From: Takakia lepidozioides
Taxonomy: Eukaryota > Plantae > Bryophyta
NCBI GenBank assembly: GCA_030704615.1
Contig: CM060733.1
Location: 10,106,001 to 10,170,000, forward strand
Direction: 5' to 3'
Length of the DNA: 64,000 nucleotides
Under the pieces are notes generated by a model. That model ran no database searches. It was not told where the DNA came from and saw only the letters and a list, made by a program, of their open reading frames with translations. Every line of letters starts with the position of its first letter. Positions within the stretch are counted from its first letter, which is position 1. The translations under genes and the position numbers were made by a program. This document shows, piece after piece, positions 62,501 through 64,000 of this stretch.

Positions 62501-62869
62501 TTTTTAATTCTGTTTTTGCATCATACTCGAGACAAATCCCTTGTCATTAAAGCTTCAGGAGTGGGCCCCATCAGATTAGATCTGCAAAAATTAGGTCGAA
62601 CTGCAAATTCAAAGTTACGCTTGGGAACTTGAGGGTTAAATGCAATGAACAAATGCGAAAAGACAAAACTGAATGTGATGGAATTGAAGGTAAAAACTAA
62701 AAACCTGAATAGAACTGAATGTAATGGAATTCCATGTGATAAAACTCAAAGGAACTGAATATAATGGAGCTGAAGGGAACCGAATATAATGGAAGGCATT
62801 ATAATAAAATTGAGAGAAAGTTAATATGATAAATTTGCGGGGATAATTTTGCGGGGAACTAAATAATAT

Positions 62870-63706
62870 GTAGAGCAGTTTCATTCGGCCCTGATTTTAG
62901 AGTGGTCCAGGAATTACTGTGGCCCAGGAATTAGAGGGGGGCGCTTAATGTAATAAGGCCAAGTGCATTAAGGAATGAGATAGGGGGTCCAAAAAAAGAA
63001 GGGAGGAATTGACCAAATTTAGAATAGAGAGTCTTGTAAGGTTCACATGTGTCCAGGGCCTTCTACAAGGGTCCCAAGGTGGGCGAGCTTCTAGAAGGTC
63101 CCACCGCCCTGAGAAGGTATATAAGGGAGGTCCCCCTCTTACTACCTACTAACTTAGTAAATAGTGGGCTGTGCAAAGGTAGGGCCCCCCAAAAAAAACA
63201 GCAAACATGAATCAATTAATTAATAAAAACATGAATATGAGAGGGCATTGTGGTTTCTATTATTAATTGATTCATGTTTGCTGTTTTTTTATGGGGGCCC
63301 TGCCTTTGAATATGAATATGAGAGGGTAATGTGGTTTCTATTAATTAATTGATTCATGTTTGCTGTTTTTTTTTGGGGGCTCTGCCTTTGCAGACCCCAC
63401 TATTTATTAATTTAGTAGGTAATAAGTTAGTAGGTAGTAAAAAGGGGGGCTCCCTTATATACCCTGGGCCCTGGGACCTTCTAGAAGCCAGCCAACCCTG
63501 GGACCCTTCTAGAAAGCCCTGGACACATGTCAACCCTACAAGACTCCATATTCTAAATTTGGCCAATTCCTCCCTTCACTTTTTGGACCCCCTCATCTCA
63601 TTCCTTAATACAAGTGGCCTTCCTACATAAGCGCCCCACTCTAATTCATGGGCCACAGTAATTCCTGGACCACTCTAGAATCAGGGCCCGAATGAAACTG
63701 CTCTAC
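62870..63706. mobile_element. Palindromic MITE/foldback element with ~350-bp TIRs inserted in AATATT
   Basis: GTAGAGCAGTTTCATTCGG... (62870) is the reverse complement of ...CCGAATGAAACTGCTCTAC (63706). Arms ~62870-63225 and ~63340-63706. Flanks give an ATAT (or TA) duplication. Confidence 0.88.
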
Positions 63707-63710
63707 ATAT

Positions 63711-63751
63711 TGAATACGATGAACTGAATACGATGAACTGAATACGATGAA
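63711..63751 (+). repeat. 14-bp tandem repeat (TGAATACGATGAAC) x ~3
   Basis: Directly visible: tgaatacgatgaac tgaatacgatgaac tgaatacgatgaa. Confidence 0.85.
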
Positions 63752-64000
63752 TAAGATGACCGGGCTCAGTACTTATATGGAAAAGCTCGGGAGCTCCTGG
63801 CATAAGTCGAATCAGACAGACATGCCGAGTTTTCTTCTGAATTCTGATGAGGCAGTGAAACCCTCCTTCACACCAGTTTGAAGAGAAATGGGAATCCCTT
63901 GCCACTGCCACTTGAGCACCATCTCCTGTAATAGCACTCATGATATCAGAAAGGATCTCTTTGCCCTTTTCCAGGGTTGTTACATTGGCACATGCATTGC

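Noticed and set aside
63844-63900. Hammerhead ribozyme core (CTGATGAG...GAAAC)
   Set aside because: Stem II is at most one weak pair, and I could not form stems I and III around a valid cleavage triplet.

Overview
Eukaryotic, intron-containing plant genomic DNA. Gene content and transposon types suggest a non-seed land plant, probably a bryophyte (inference). Seven host genes can be assembled by hand from GT-AG exons with consistent phases: the 3' end of an ABCB6/20-type ABC transporter (+), a PTST3-like CBM48 starch-targeting protein (+), an MBD10/11-like methyl-CpG-binding protein (+), NEDD8 protease DEN1/SENP8 (-), a divergent alkaline ceramidase that has lost both histidines of its HxxxH zinc motif (+), the kinase-phosphatase PHS1 (+) and a 14-exon SOS2/CIPK24-CIPK8-clade kinase (+). 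The remainder is rich in mobile elements: a decayed L1 LINE with a hairpin-rich 3' end; a 7.9 kb PHS1 intron filled by a same-orientation stack of RTE-X-like LINE insertions with microsatellite tails and a covarying 3' stem-loop; Ty3/gypsy remnants, one with an intact PHD finger followed by a polypurine tract (PPT) and 3' LTR; two long palindromic foldback/MITE elements; and hAT-like and tRNA-like relics. One LINE in the PHS1 intron has a 14-bp target-site duplication (TSD), three 47-aa LKVYTR repeats and a possible leader intron. All family assignments come from motif recognition by eye; no database searches were run.
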